Source: Archangium sp.
GTDB lineage: Bacteria; Myxococcota; Myxococcia; Myxococcales; Myxococcaceae
DNA length: 64,000 bases
Reading direction: 5' to 3'
Assembly: GCA_031367385.1 (NCBI GenBank)
Contig: JANLPS010000090.1
Coordinates: forward strand, 1 to 64,000
Of the stretch, positions 20,701-31,268 are shown piece by piece. The notes beneath the pieces were generated by a model. That model made no database searches, had not been told where the DNA came from, and saw only the letters and a list, made by a program, of their open reading frames with translations. The position numbers and the translations under genes were made by a program. The stretch's first letter is position 1, and each line of letters opens with the position of its first letter.

Positions 20701-20816
20701 ACCACGATGACCACGTCGCCGAAGCGGTTGGTCAAGGCGTTGTTTCGATTGCAGGTACACCCGCTCATCGCCACGGCAGCGAAAGCGATGAGCAGGCCTC
20801 GAGGCATTCGCGCCAT
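17772..20816 (-). CDS. Large surface lipoprotein with repeated Ig-like (choice-of-anchor D/ASH) domains and a C-terminal vWA domain
   Basis: Lipobox MSGC, repeated LDFG.V motifs, MIDAS DILFVVDNSCSM, VVSD. Confidence 0.85.
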   Translation of the reverse strand: MARMPRGLLIAFAAVAMSGCTCNRNNALTNRFGDVVIVVPSNGTEVLTREGSLTLGPVVMTGTGNATATVRNVGDTSVTLLRVTPLAGSPAFTLTLPEATVIKAQAEVALAISFSPPQDDDATKALVEHRASFQIDASGTRDGEGTLTLELVANAVGRDCLVPALLDFGVVPLNRHSSATLHLVNGSQLPQTPTFGAVQGDDATFFAPSGAAPETIAAGAAADVPFIFTPSAERPYRAEVLLRRSATCPEARTVLTGSGSNDTIEWNPKLLDFGHVPPGETVARSVTFTNRSSVPATLSALTVNGDWFAGANRTNRTLGPHDSVSVELTCHATAIGQHLGELTLNVDTDPVHALRVPLACIGGGPRIRLTPTPSIEFGLVPLVPGAPLPSTRRLAIQNVGTLPSGPDDTSSNLFLGQNGKPPFVFIEPANTQTQARDFQVSLLSWDTVKGLPATPGKNTVDLDVHFTPSSVGTKRATLKVYSNDAITPVATVALNADVIQEKLCTLAIEPGSVSFGDLPSGAVLTRTVNLTNTSDNNCLLSGIELAPGSDPVFHPVGAANLLVAARTTGSLNVQVTVPPGSNEGDELTGFLRFSLNSGSTPQVLVPLGVRVSPCLVATPQDLDFGTVKVGCKSASKAVTIYNACSNPILIKSLAIDPSPSGFRITAAPVVPAGGLTLAPGVPQPVQVAFVPTDYTAQSAALVIGVSEAGVSKTDRVPMKGVGSTTSTNSDTFTQPAQTPADILFVVDNSCSMFDEQTSLAANFSSFIKYANQLKVPYQIGVTTTDDSPLGAQGKLLRTVSNPMVLTPSTPNVEARFSEKVNVGTNGSGIEQPLSAALKAVTSPLTGTANKGFLRAGASLSIVVVSDAPDQSPSPSAYYQNRFLSLVSRQQAWLFTFSTIGPFTSPTPAGCSIDSFVDPGRYAPIIAATSGVQVDICTKDWATDLEKIGKNALGPRSVIYLTSAPDLTQPVTVTVNGTAVTAWAIDPVSNAVVFQDVTTTPPGAMVKVTYQTSCY

Positions 20817-20893
20817 GTTGCCCTTTGATCCTCGCGCACTCAACAGTGGCTCATGCTGCCGCAGTACGAGAGAGTGTCGGCGGTTTCTTACTC

Positions 20894-21559
20894 ATGAATG
20901 GCGCGCGTTGGTTGGGTCTGTGGCTGGTGCTGCTGAGCGTGGCGAGCTGCCACACATCGACCTGCGACCAGAGCTGTGAGGGCTGCTGCACGGCGGGTGA
21001 ATGTGTCGCCGGCACCTCGCGGTTCACCTGCGGCCGCGGCGGAGCCGAGTGCAGCGAATGCCCGGTGGCCGACCTCTGCAGCGGAGGGCAGTGCGTTCGC
21101 GACCCCCGCATCGACCCCGACAGCGGGCAGTTCGTCTGTAACTGTCTGACCGGCTGCTGTGGCGCCGATGGCGGGTGCACCGCGGGCACCCAGCGAGAGG
21201 CCTGCGGCGTGGCCCGAACGGTGTGCTCGGCCTGCACCGAAGCCGAGCGTTGCGAGATGGCGGTGTGCACTTCGGCGGCGTGCACCGGGTGCATCGACCT
21301 GACCGATGTCTGCGTCAACGGCACCACCGATTCAGCCTGCGGCACCGGAGGCGCCTTGTGCCTGGGCTGCTCAGCGGGCAAGCGCTGCAGCAACGGCATT
21401 TGTGTCGACGCGGCTTGCAACGTAGCGACGTGTGCGACGGGGTGTTGCAACCTCGCACAACGCTGCGTCACCCCGTCGACGATGACGTGCGGCATCGGGG
21501 GGCAAGACTGTCTGACCTGCGCTGACGGGCAGATGTGCAAAGACGGGCTGTGCCAATGA
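20894..21559 (+). CDS. Cys-rich repeat lipoprotein
   Basis: Lipobox VASC followed by four C.GCC...C..GT...CG.GG..C repeats. Confidence 0.8.
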   Translation: MNGARWLGLWLVLLSVASCHTSTCDQSCEGCCTAGECVAGTSRFTCGRGGAECSECPVADLCSGGQCVRDPRIDPDSGQFVCNCLTGCCGADGGCTAGTQREACGVARTVCSACTEAERCEMAVCTSAACTGCIDLTDVCVNGTTDSACGTGGALCLGCSAGKRCSNGICVDAACNVATCATGCCNLAQRCVTPSTMTCGIGGQDCLTCADGQMCKDGLCQ

Positions 21560-22965
21560 CTCGCCTGCTCTTCGCGCTGGTGCTGTGCGGCTGCGCGACC
21601 GTGCCGGTGCGGGGCGTGGTGCCGGCGCCGGTGGGTGACGACGCCGCGTCGCTCGATGCCTTCGTGCAGGCCTCGCTTCAGGCGGGCGACGGCGTGGGGC
21701 TGTCGGTCTCGGTGCTCAAAGGGGGCGTGGTGGTGCTGCAGAAGGGGTACGGGCGGCGCGCGCTCGAGCCTGACGCGCCGGTCGAGCTGAACACGCCGTT
21801 CGCGATTGGCTCGGTGAGCAAGCAGTTCACGGTGGCCGCGCTGTTGCTGCTGGCCGAAGAGGGCAAGCTCTCGGTCGATGACCCGGTCTCGAAGTGGTTT
21901 CCTTCGTTGACGCGGGCGAGTGGCATCACGCTGCTCGACCTGATGCATCACGTGTCGGGGTATTCTGATTATTACCCGCTCGATTACCTCGACCGGCGAA
22001 TGCTCGAGGCGGTGCCGACCGACGCGGTGATTGCGCGGTACGCGGGGCGTGCGCTCGAGTTCGAGCCGCGCAGCCGGTACTCGTACAGCAACACCGGGTA
22101 TTTGATTCTGGGCCGGGTCATCGAGCTCGTCAGTGGAGAGCCGCTCGCCGCGTTCGAGCAGCGCCGGCTCTTCGGGCCACTGGGGTTGACGCACACGTCG
22201 GTTCACCCCGATGGGGCTCCTTCGGGCGGCGAGGTCGCGCGGGGGTACACCCGGTTCGCGCTGGGGCCGACGCAGGCGGCGGTGACCGAGGCGGGCGGGT
22301 GGCTCGGGGGCGCGGCAGCGATGTGGTCGACCGCGGCTGATCTCTCAACCTGGGGCCAGGCGCTGCTGACGGGCAAGGTGCTCACGGCGGCGTCGCTTCG
22401 GGTGATGACGACTCCAGTGCGGCTGAGCAACGGGGCCACGCTTCGATACGCCGGCGTCCTCGTTGGTACCTCGAAAGACAATGTGGCGATCTGGTCGCAT
22501 TCGGGTGCGGTGAATGGGTTTCGAGCGGTGCTGACGCTCGACGCGGCTGGCACCTCGGTGGCGGTGCTGGCGAACTTCGATGACTTCGACGTGGGGGCGG
22601 TGGCCGAGGGGTTGTTCGGGGCTGTTCGCCCGGTGGGCGATGTACCCGTGGTGACGGGGCCTGGGCCGGTTGAGGTGGCGAGAACGGTCGTGGCGCAGTT
22701 TCAGGCGGGGTCGGTCGACCGGCGCGTGTTCACCGAGGAGTTCGCGCGGTTCTTGACCACGGAGCGGCTCGCGAACGCCAAGGCCGCGCTGGCGCCGTGG
22801 GGGTTGCCGAGCGAGGCGGCGCTGATCAGGCGAAGCGAGCGGGGTGGGCTCGAGGTGGCTGTCGTCGAGCTGCACTACGAGGTGGGCTCGCTGCGGGTGA
22901 CGATGTACCGGCGGCCCGACGGCACCATCGAGCAGGTCATCATCAGCAGGGTCGTGTCGCGCTGA
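21556..22965 (+). CDS. Serine hydrolase, beta-lactamase class C/AmpH family lipoprotein
   Basis: F.IGSVSK (SxxK), YSYSN (YxN), HSG; lipobox LCGC. Confidence 0.9.
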   Translation: MTRLLFALVLCGCATVPVRGVVPAPVGDDAASLDAFVQASLQAGDGVGLSVSVLKGGVVVLQKGYGRRALEPDAPVELNTPFAIGSVSKQFTVAALLLLAEEGKLSVDDPVSKWFPSLTRASGITLLDLMHHVSGYSDYYPLDYLDRRMLEAVPTDAVIARYAGRALEFEPRSRYSYSNTGYLILGRVIELVSGEPLAAFEQRRLFGPLGLTHTSVHPDGAPSGGEVARGYTRFALGPTQAAVTEAGGWLGGAAAMWSTAADLSTWGQALLTGKVLTAASLRVMTTPVRLSNGATLRYAGVLVGTSKDNVAIWSHSGAVNGFRAVLTLDAAGTSVAVLANFDDFDVGAVAEGLFGAVRPVGDVPVVTGPGPVEVARTVVAQFQAGSVDRRVFTEEFARFLTTERLANAKAALAPWGLPSEAALIRRSERGGLEVAVVELHYEVGSLRVTMYRRPDGTIEQVIISRVVSR

Positions 22966-22970
22966 GATGG

Positions 22971-23074
22971 CGGTTCATGGTGAGGGGCTCGAACCATCTG
23001 CCCGGTCTTCGTGAATGCAAGCTCGCCTGAAGCAACTCAGTGCACGCTCGCCTTCGAGGCCCTCAGGCTGAACG
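22971..23074. repeat. Inverted pair of REP-like elements
   Basis: 22971-22997 on the minus strand (GGTTCGAGCCCCTCACCATGAACCG) and 23050-23074 on the plus strand (GCCTTCGAGGCCCTCAGGCTGAACG). Confidence 0.6.
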
Positions 23075-23117
23075 TTGCGGTGAGCGAGGCCACGACAGAC
23101 TGTGGTACCAGTGCGCC

Positions 23118-23531
23118 ATGAAGCTCCATCTGCTGATGGCATTCGCCCTGGCCGCCTGCGCGCTCGACCACCGCCTGCCTCGCGACCGAGGCGCCTCCGG
23201 TCTGGTTGAGAACGTGCCGCTCTACGAGGCGCCGGCGACCTCGCGCTGCGTGGCCAAGAAGGTGGGCTGCGAAAACGCGAAGTACCTCGCCGAAGGCTAC
23301 GTGCGCCGCCTCGCGACCGGAGATCAGCTCTGCCTCGAAGGCGGCCTCGGAGAGCCTCCCACGGGGGCGTGCCTGGCCCGAGCGGCCGTGGTCGACACCG
23401 CGACCAACCGGGTACTGCTCGAGGTTCGCGAGGCCAAGCCGGGCTCGACCTGGTTCAGCAAAGAGCAGCACCAGCTCTGGTTCGAAGAAGGCGCCCTGGT
23501 CGATATCGCGCTCGCGGAGCAAGGGTACTGA
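23118..23531 (+). CDS. Hypothetical lipoprotein
   Basis: MKLHLLMAFALAAC lipobox; good codon bias. Confidence 0.75.
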   Translation: MKLHLLMAFALAACALDHRLPRDRGASGLVENVPLYEAPATSRCVAKKVGCENAKYLAEGYVRRLATGDQLCLEGGLGEPPTGACLARAAVVDTATNRVLLEVREAKPGSTWFSKEQHQLWFEEGALVDIALAEQGY

Positions 23532-23534
23532 GCT

Positions 23535-24974
<1,440 letters not shown>

Positions 24975-24985
24975 CGCCCGAGCGT

Positions 24986-26167
24986 CTACCGCTTTGCGGC
25001 CTCGAGGCGCCGAGCGCCCTCGGCCAGCACCGGGTCGGTCTTGCAAAACGCAAAGCGCGCGAGCTTTCGAGCGTGCGAGCGCCCCTCGTCTGAAAAGAAG
25101 AGCGAGGGAGGGATCGCCGCCACTCCGCCCTCGGTGACGAGCCAACGACAAAACGCCACGTCGTCTTCAGGCTCGGGCGAGAGCGCAGAGGTGTCGGCCA
25201 TCAAGAAGTAGGCACCGTCACACCGAAACGTGGGCAGCTTGGCTTCGCGCAAGGCGTTGCTCAAGAAGTCGCGCTTGCGAAGATAGTCGCTCTGAAAACC
25301 GGTGAAGTAGGCATCGGGCAGCTGCAGCGCGACGGCCATCGCCGCTTGAAACGGGGCTGCGCTCGCGAAGGTGACCCACTGATGTGACTTTTGCACCGAC
25401 GCGACCAGCGCCGCCGGCCCCAGCGCCCACCCGATTTTCCACCCCGTGAATGAGAAGCTCTTGCCCCCACTCGAGATGGTGACCGTGCGTTCGCCCAGAT
25501 CTCCGAGCGTGGCGAGACGCACGTGCTTCGCGGGCGGGTACACCAGGTGCTCGTAGACCTCGTCGCACACGATGACGGCGTCGGCGCGCTTGGCGAGCGA
25601 GCCGATCAGGTTCAGCTCGTCGGTCGTAAAGACCTTGCCGGTCGGGTTGTGAGGGGTGTTCACGATGACCAGCGCGGTGCGAGACGAGAACGCGGCGGCG
25701 AGGGCAGCTTCATCGAACCACCAGGTCTGGTGGCTGGCATCGGGCGGTTGGAGCCGAACGTACTTCGGCACCCCGCCGGCCATCAGCACCCCGGCGTGAT
25801 ACGAGTCGTAAAAGGGCTCGAAGAGCACGACCTCATCACCCGGGTCGACGAAGGCCATGATCGAATCGAACAGCGCCTCGGTCGCTCCAGAGGTCACGAC
25901 CACCTGGTTCGCAGGGTCGACGACCTGCCCGTAGAAGCGCTTGGCGTGCGCGGCGACCGCTTGTCTGAGCGCCAGGGCGCCGGTCGTAATGGCATACTGA
26001 TTGACCCCGTTTCGAATGGCGTGAATCGCCGCTTCACGAACCTCCTCGGGCCCATCGAAGTCGGGGAAGCCCTGACCTAAGTTGACCGCGGCCAGCGAGT
26101 GCGCCAACCGCGACATCTCGCTGAAGATCGTCGTGGTGCCGAAGCGCTTGAGACGCTGACTTTCCAT
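24986..26167 (-). CDS. PLP-dependent aminotransferase class I/II (YbdL/methionine aminotransferase-like)
   Basis: NLGQGFPD, NTPHNPTG, DEVY, SGGKSFSFTGWKIG, RFAFCK. Confidence 0.93.
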   Translation of the reverse strand: MESQRLKRFGTTTIFSEMSRLAHSLAAVNLGQGFPDFDGPEEVREAAIHAIRNGVNQYAITTGALALRQAVAAHAKRFYGQVVDPANQVVVTSGATEALFDSIMAFVDPGDEVVLFEPFYDSYHAGVLMAGGVPKYVRLQPPDASHQTWWFDEAALAAAFSSRTALVIVNTPHNPTGKVFTTDELNLIGSLAKRADAVIVCDEVYEHLVYPPAKHVRLATLGDLGERTVTISSGGKSFSFTGWKIGWALGPAALVASVQKSHQWVTFASAAPFQAAMAVALQLPDAYFTGFQSDYLRKRDFLSNALREAKLPTFRCDGAYFLMADTSALSPEPEDDVAFCRWLVTEGGVAAIPPSLFFSDEGRSHARKLARFAFCKTDPVLAEGARRLEAAKR

Positions 26168-26249
26168 TGGCGTGACTCCAGCCAGAAGACGGGGGACATG
26201 CCGAAGATCTAGGTGACTGTGGCGCGGAGTGTCTACCGAAGAAGCCGCG

Positions 26250-26550
26250 TCATTTCACCACGACGTCGATGATTGGCGCGGTGGTCAGCGAGGGAAAATC
26301 TCCGGCGGCGACCACGACGACCGGTGGCGTCAGCTGATCAGACACGAAGAGAAACCCGGCGTAGCCGACCGTCTGTATGTACAGGACAGCGGCGGGCGGG
26401 CGGGGTGGTGCACGCATGCGAGCAGTCGGTGCCGCTCACGCCGGCGTCGATGACCGGGTGCCCCGCGTCGAAGGTGTACGCCGCCGGGTTGAGGTCGAGG
26501 CACCCCGTCGACAGGGTGCAGACGGCGAGCATCAGGGTCAGGCGACGCAT
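26250..26550 (-). pseudogene. Internally deleted or frameshifted lipoprotein
   Basis: MRRLTLMLAVCTLSTGC...DAG...CTTPP is joined out of frame to a protein-like tail AVLYIQTVGYAGFLFVSDQLTPPVVVVAAGDFPSLTTAPIIDVVVK*. Confidence 0.5.
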
Positions 26551-26838
26551 CGGGCGCCACTTCGCACATCGAGTCATGTGCAGTCGACGGGCAGCCCGGT
26601 GAAATTGCGCATTTTTGGTGGGCCTTTAGGGTCGCTCCGGCTGAGGCGGTCTCGAGCGTGGCGAACCAGCGATTCTGCGCGTTCAGACGGCAGTGAATTC
26701 AGGGCGTTGCTCTGTCGTTCGCAAGAGAATTGCGACATCTGGCGCCGGCGCCCGTCTGCAAGGCATGCCAGCCCCCCTTGCCGCCGAGCGCGATTGCCTT
26801 GTACGTGCTGCCCACTCCGATGACTCGACGCTCTGGCC

Positions 26839-27639
26839 ATGACTGACGACAGCGCGACGTTGTACGACTCGGCGAACTCGCGGTGGCCCGGGGTGCGGCT
26901 TTCTGCGGAGCGCTTCGAGTCGGCGTGGGCCCGGTTGTCAGACACCAGCGACGGCCCATCGACCGAGTTTGCCGGCGACTTGTTCTTGGTCGCGGCGTGC
27001 CTCGAGGGTGACCGGGCTGCGCTGGGCCAGCTCCAGCGGCTGATCAGCAACGTGTTGCCGCAGCTGCGCAGCTATGGGCTCAGCGACGGTGAGCTCGAGA
27101 CCCTGTCGCGCGATACCTTGAGCCGGCTGGTGTCGGGCGAGGCCGGGCCCAAGCTGGCGCGGTATTCGGCGCGGGGGTCGCTCGCCGGCTGGCTGCACGT
27201 GGTGATGACGCGGCAAGTGCTCGACCTGAAGGCGGAGTCGACCTCGCACGTCGAGCTCGACGACGTGCTGCTGGGCACGATGGGCACCGACAGCGCGCCC
27301 GAGCTCGAGCTGGTTCGAGAACAGTTTCGCGGCTCGTTCAGTGAGTCTTTTCGCGCCGCGATTGGCCGGTTGACGCCGCGCCAGCGCAACCTGCTGCGGC
27401 AGTACTACCTCGACACGTTGTCGCTCGAGGAGATGGGGTTGCTGTACCGCACCCATCGGTCGACGGTGGCCCGGTGGCTCGCCGACGCGCGAACCTCGGT
27501 GCTCGAGCTGATGCGCGACGAGGTGAGCCAGCGGCTGGGCATCGGCCGGCTCGACGTCGACAGCATCATGCGCGTGGTCGGGTCGCGGCTCGATGTGTCG
27601 GCAGGGTTGTTCTTGAGCCAGGCCGGGGGGCGCTCGTGA
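26839..27639 (+). CDS. ECF RNA polymerase sigma-70 factor, Myxococcales-type
   Basis: DLFLVAAC..GD..AL, YSARGSLAGWL, LTPRQRNLL and HRSTVARWL (region 4). Confidence 0.88.
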   Translation: MTDDSATLYDSANSRWPGVRLSAERFESAWARLSDTSDGPSTEFAGDLFLVAACLEGDRAALGQLQRLISNVLPQLRSYGLSDGELETLSRDTLSRLVSGEAGPKLARYSARGSLAGWLHVVMTRQVLDLKAESTSHVELDDVLLGTMGTDSAPELELVREQFRGSFSESFRAAIGRLTPRQRNLLRQYYLDTLSLEEMGLLYRTHRSTVARWLADARTSVLELMRDEVSQRLGIGRLDVDSIMRVVGSRLDVSAGLFLSQAGGRS

Positions 27640-28580
27640 CCGCGCTGGGTCGCACCGTCATTCTCTTCGCGGTGGTCGCCGGGCCCGCGCTGGCGGCGCC
27701 GTTGACCGAGGCCGCGACGCTGTTCGACAGTGGCCGCGCGGCGTTCAAGGCCGGAGACTTCGATACCGCCTGCCCCGCGTTTGCCAAGAGCTACCAGCTC
27801 GAGCCGGTGCTCGGCACGTTGCTCAACTGGGCCACCTGTCTCGAGAAGCAAGGCCACATCGCCACGGCGTGGCTGCGCTTCAACGACGCCATCGAGTGGG
27901 CGGGCCGCACGCATGAAGCCGAGCGCGAGCAGTTCGCGCGCGAGCACGCCAAGGCCTTGCGGCCCTCGGTGTCGTGGCTATCGGTCAGCTCGGCGAGTGA
28001 TCTCGAAGCGCGGGTTGATGGGAAACCAGTGCACGTCTCGGCGGTGCCCGTCTCGTTGCCGGTCGAGCTCGGAGCGCATGAGCTCTCGGTGGAAAGAGAC
28101 GGGTACGAGCCCTGGTCGCAGAAAGTGAATGTCGAGGCTGCGGGTCAAGCGGTCGCTGTGGTGGTGCCGGCGCTCAAGCGGCTCGTCGCGGCGGCTCCGG
28201 CGGTCGTTTCTCCAGCGCGCGCCAGTGACCTGAGCGCGGTGAGCGCACAGCACGGAGCCCGGCTCACGGGAGGGGTCGCGCTGATCATTCTTGGCTCGGT
28301 CGTGACTTTGGGCGGCGTGGTGGGGCTGGCCTGGAGCTACAGCACATATGACTTGCTGCAGGCCCAGCGCACCGGTTCGGCTGACCCCCGCATTCGAGTG
28401 AGCCTGGAGGACTTCGACCGGCTGCGCTGGGTGCCCGGCGTGTCGTGGACGGGCGTCGGCGTCGGCGTGGCGGCATTGACCGCGGGCATCGTGCTGATCG
28501 CGACGTCGAGAACGGTGTCGATTTCGCCGACCTTCACGCCCGGCGGCGGCGGTGGGTTCGTCGTCACAGGTCGGTTCTGA
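27636..28580 (+). CDS. TPR + PEGA-like domain exported protein
   Basis: Signal peptide, LFDSGR..F...ACPAF..SY.LEP..GTLLN (TPR), PEGA-like strands, terminal GRF. Confidence 0.8.
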   Translation: MTALGRTVILFAVVAGPALAAPLTEAATLFDSGRAAFKAGDFDTACPAFAKSYQLEPVLGTLLNWATCLEKQGHIATAWLRFNDAIEWAGRTHEAEREQFAREHAKALRPSVSWLSVSSASDLEARVDGKPVHVSAVPVSLPVELGAHELSVERDGYEPWSQKVNVEAAGQAVAVVVPALKRLVAAAPAVVSPARASDLSAVSAQHGARLTGGVALIILGSVVTLGGVVGLAWSYSTYDLLQAQRTGSADPRIRVSLEDFDRLRWVPGVSWTGVGVGVAALTAGIVLIATSRTVSISPTFTPGGGGGFVVTGRF

Positions 28581-28772
28581 CCGTTGCCTGACTTCTCGAC
28601 ATTCAGCGCGATGGTCGGCGCGGCATTCGGGCCCGCCGCTTTCTGCGTTTCATTCTTGTAACGTCACTTTGGCAGTACCCCGCTGGTGCATTCACGGGGG
28701 GACGTTGGGCAGGCGGCCGGGTCAGGTCAGAACCATGAAACCTCATAGCGATGCCTCCAGACGCCTTGCTCT

Positions 28773-28979
28773 GTGCCGAGCTACCTGGTGCAGATGGTCA
28801 CCATGAAGGGTCTCAACGGCATTCACTGGCAACTGCTCTCGGGGCCGGTGTCGCAGATCAACGCGGCGATCAACCGCGGCTCCGACCTCGGCGGCTCGTG
28901 CGGCGACCCGAACGACTACCGAGGCCCGCTCAAACCCTCCGTTGATGCCATGCTCGCCAAGCGCGCTCGGGGCGGCTGA
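28773..28979 (+). CDS. Small hypothetical protein or gene remnant
   Basis: 68 codons with high GC3 bias in an otherwise intergenic gap. Confidence 0.35.
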   Translation: MPSYLVQMVTMKGLNGIHWQLLSGPVSQINAAINRGSDLGGSCGDPNDYRGPLKPSVDAMLAKRARGG

Positions 28980-28987
28980 CGCCGTTT

Positions 28988-30184
28988 TTACGGCCGAGTG
29001 AACCGGTCGATGGCTGGCGTGTTGCCGTTCGAGCCGCCGACGTAGATCAACGTCGGGCTCACCACGAATACCGAGCGACCGAGCTGCACGTTGCCGCTCG
29101 CCTGCACCACCGACCACGCGCTGCCTTCGAAGTGCTTCAGCACCTTGCCCTGGCCTCCGACGGCGTACACCTCGGTCGTGCTCGCCGCCGAGATGCCGAA
29201 GAAAATCGCAGAGGCGGTGTCGTTGATGAAGGCCCAGCTCCCGCCCGCAGACCGATGCGACGAGCGCAGAAACACGCCGCCAGCCCAGAGCTCTTCACCG
29301 ACCGCCGCGATGCCGTACCAGTTCATCGTGGTCGAGTCGCCGCTCGGCAAAACGCCATCGTCTGGGTGATTGAGCACGCCTGTGCCCTGGTCGAAGACCA
29401 CCACGCCACCTCGGCCGGTGATGGCCACGGCGCCGCTGGCGGTAACCGCGCACCGGCGAGGCTCGTCGAGGTTCAAATCGGTCGCAACGACGGCCCACCC
29501 GGTGCCGTCGTACTTGCGCAGCGAGCTGTTGCCACTCGTCGAGCGGTTCACGAACACCGCGTACACCAGCGACGATGATTGGCCGCAGAGCGCGACGCCG
29601 TCATCGGTGCTCGAGGGCAGAAACGAGGTGAATGCGGCGCCGCCGGCAGCGCACCCGGTGCGGCAGGTGAAGAGCTCTTTCTGTGCCAACACGAAGACCG
29701 CTCCGTCGGGGGCGACAGAGACGCTGTTCATCGAGGGGTAACCCGCTCCCAGCGAGGTCAACGGCACGTGGCCGAACCCGCCTCCACTCGAGCGAAAGAG
29801 CTCGTAGTCGGTGACTGCGTAGATTTCTCCCGCGCGGCCCGAGAGGCCCAACACCGTGTTTCCTTGGGTCGCAGGCAGGCTGACGTTGAGGGCCAGCCAG
29901 GCGCCAGCATCGACCCCGTTCATGCCCGAATCGGCGGTCGGCAATGCCCCCGCATCGGCTGGAGCGACACCGCCCGCGTCGACTGTGGGCACTTCGCCTG
30001 CGTCGCGAACGAAGCTCCCCCCGTCTGGTGCCTCGCCGCCATCGACGGTGCCCGAGTCGGAGCCCGCTCCTCCGACACTGGCATCGCGCGCCCCCTCGGC
30101 GTGGGTGCCCGCATCGACGTTTGACGGCAACGAGAGCGCCCCGCAGCCCGACACGCACAGCACGATGAGGCAGCGGGTCAACAC
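28988..30184 (-). CDS. Lipoprotein with a DAG/DGG linker and a beta-propeller-like domain
   Basis: Lipobox VSGC, DAG-rich linker, repeated VYAVG/W strands. Confidence 0.8.
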   Translation of the reverse strand: MLTRCLIVLCVSGCGALSLPSNVDAGTHAEGARDASVGGAGSDSGTVDGGEAPDGGSFVRDAGEVPTVDAGGVAPADAGALPTADSGMNGVDAGAWLALNVSLPATQGNTVLGLSGRAGEIYAVTDYELFRSSGGGFGHVPLTSLGAGYPSMNSVSVAPDGAVFVLAQKELFTCRTGCAAGGAAFTSFLPSSTDDGVALCGQSSSLVYAVFVNRSTSGNSSLRKYDGTGWAVVATDLNLDEPRRCAVTASGAVAITGRGGVVVFDQGTGVLNHPDDGVLPSGDSTTMNWYGIAAVGEELWAGGVFLRSSHRSAGGSWAFINDTASAIFFGISAASTTEVYAVGGQGKVLKHFEGSAWSVVQASGNVQLGRSVFVVSPTLIYVGGSNGNTPAIDRFTRP

Positions 30185-30347
30185 GCGACCCTCTTAGCCG
30201 TTTCTCTTTTCGAGGGCACGAGGCTCGCGAATCGCTGGCGTTCGCTCGCCGGAGCGACTGATCATCGAACGGTGACCGCACCCGCAGCGGCCTCGGTTCA
30301 CCCGATGCGAACGCGTCTGGAGCGCTGGTGGCGGGGTTGCGTGAGAG

Positions 30348-30734
30348 ATGCCTGATAGGCTCACCCCTCGCGTGCTCTTCAGACCCACCGCACTCAAGCT
30401 GAGCCTCGCCCTCGGGCTGCTGATCATCGGCGGCGCCTGGGGCCTGTCGACCTTCGGGCCTTTTGAGGGCAGCGTGCGCGAAGGCCCGGTGAGCGCGATG
30501 ACCGTGTTCGAGCGACAGGTGGTGCGCCCGCTCTCGTTCATGGGGCCCGCGGTCGAGCTCGACAAGCGGCTCTCTCGCAGCGAAGCGCTCGGCGCCTTCT
30601 CCCGGTTTGGCACTCCAGCGATCGCCGCGGCGATTGCGTTTCTCTACTACTACGCAGTCACGTGTCTGGGCCTCGCGCTGGTTTCGCGACTGCGGCGGGC
30701 GCCGAAGGTCGAACCAGACCGCCGCAATTCATAG
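30348..30734 (+). CDS. Hypothetical membrane protein
   Basis: Two hydrophobic helices. Confidence 0.6.
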   Translation: MPDRLTPRVLFRPTALKLSLALGLLIIGGAWGLSTFGPFEGSVREGPVSAMTVFERQVVRPLSFMGPAVELDKRLSRSEALGAFSRFGTPAIAAAIAFLYYYAVTCLGLALVSRLRRAPKVEPDRRNS

Positions 30735-30779
30735 GTTTTCATTGACGCGAGGGGGTGCTGGCTCTACGAACCGGCCGCC

Positions 30780-31268
30780 ATGTCGGAGCCCCTGTTCACC
30801 CCAGAAGAGCAGAAAAAGTTCGACGCAGGCATTTCGCAGCTGCTCTCGCACTACCCGCCAGATCGTAAAAGTGCCGCGATGTTACCGGCGTTGCGCCTGT
30901 TGCAAGAGCTCAAGGGCTGGTTGCCGCCCGAGGGCATGAAGCTGGTGTCTGAGAAGCTCTCGACCACCGTGGCCAAGTGCTACGAGGTCGCGACGTTTTA
31001 CGTGATGTACCACACGCAAAAACCGGGCAAATACGTGGTCGATGTCTGCACCAACCTCTCGTGTGCCCTGCGCGGCGCCGAAGGCCTGCTGCACTACCTC
31101 GAAAACAAAATGGGCATCAAGGCCGGCACCAACGGCGACCGGTATTTCTTGCGTGAAACCGAGTGCTTGGCGAGCTGCGGCACCGCTCCGTGCTTTCAAA
31201 TCAACGAAGACCACTACGAGAACCTCACCCGCGCCAAGGTCGACGCCATTCTGGAGAAGCTCTCATGA
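30780..31268 (+). CDS. nuoE: NADH-quinone oxidoreductase subunit E
   Basis: EVATFY, CTNLSC and ECLASCGTAP 2Fe-2S motifs. Confidence 0.96.
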   Translation: MSEPLFTPEEQKKFDAGISQLLSHYPPDRKSAAMLPALRLLQELKGWLPPEGMKLVSEKLSTTVAKCYEVATFYVMYHTQKPGKYVVDVCTNLSCALRGAEGLLHYLENKMGIKAGTNGDRYFLRETECLASCGTAPCFQINEDHYENLTRAKVDAILEKLS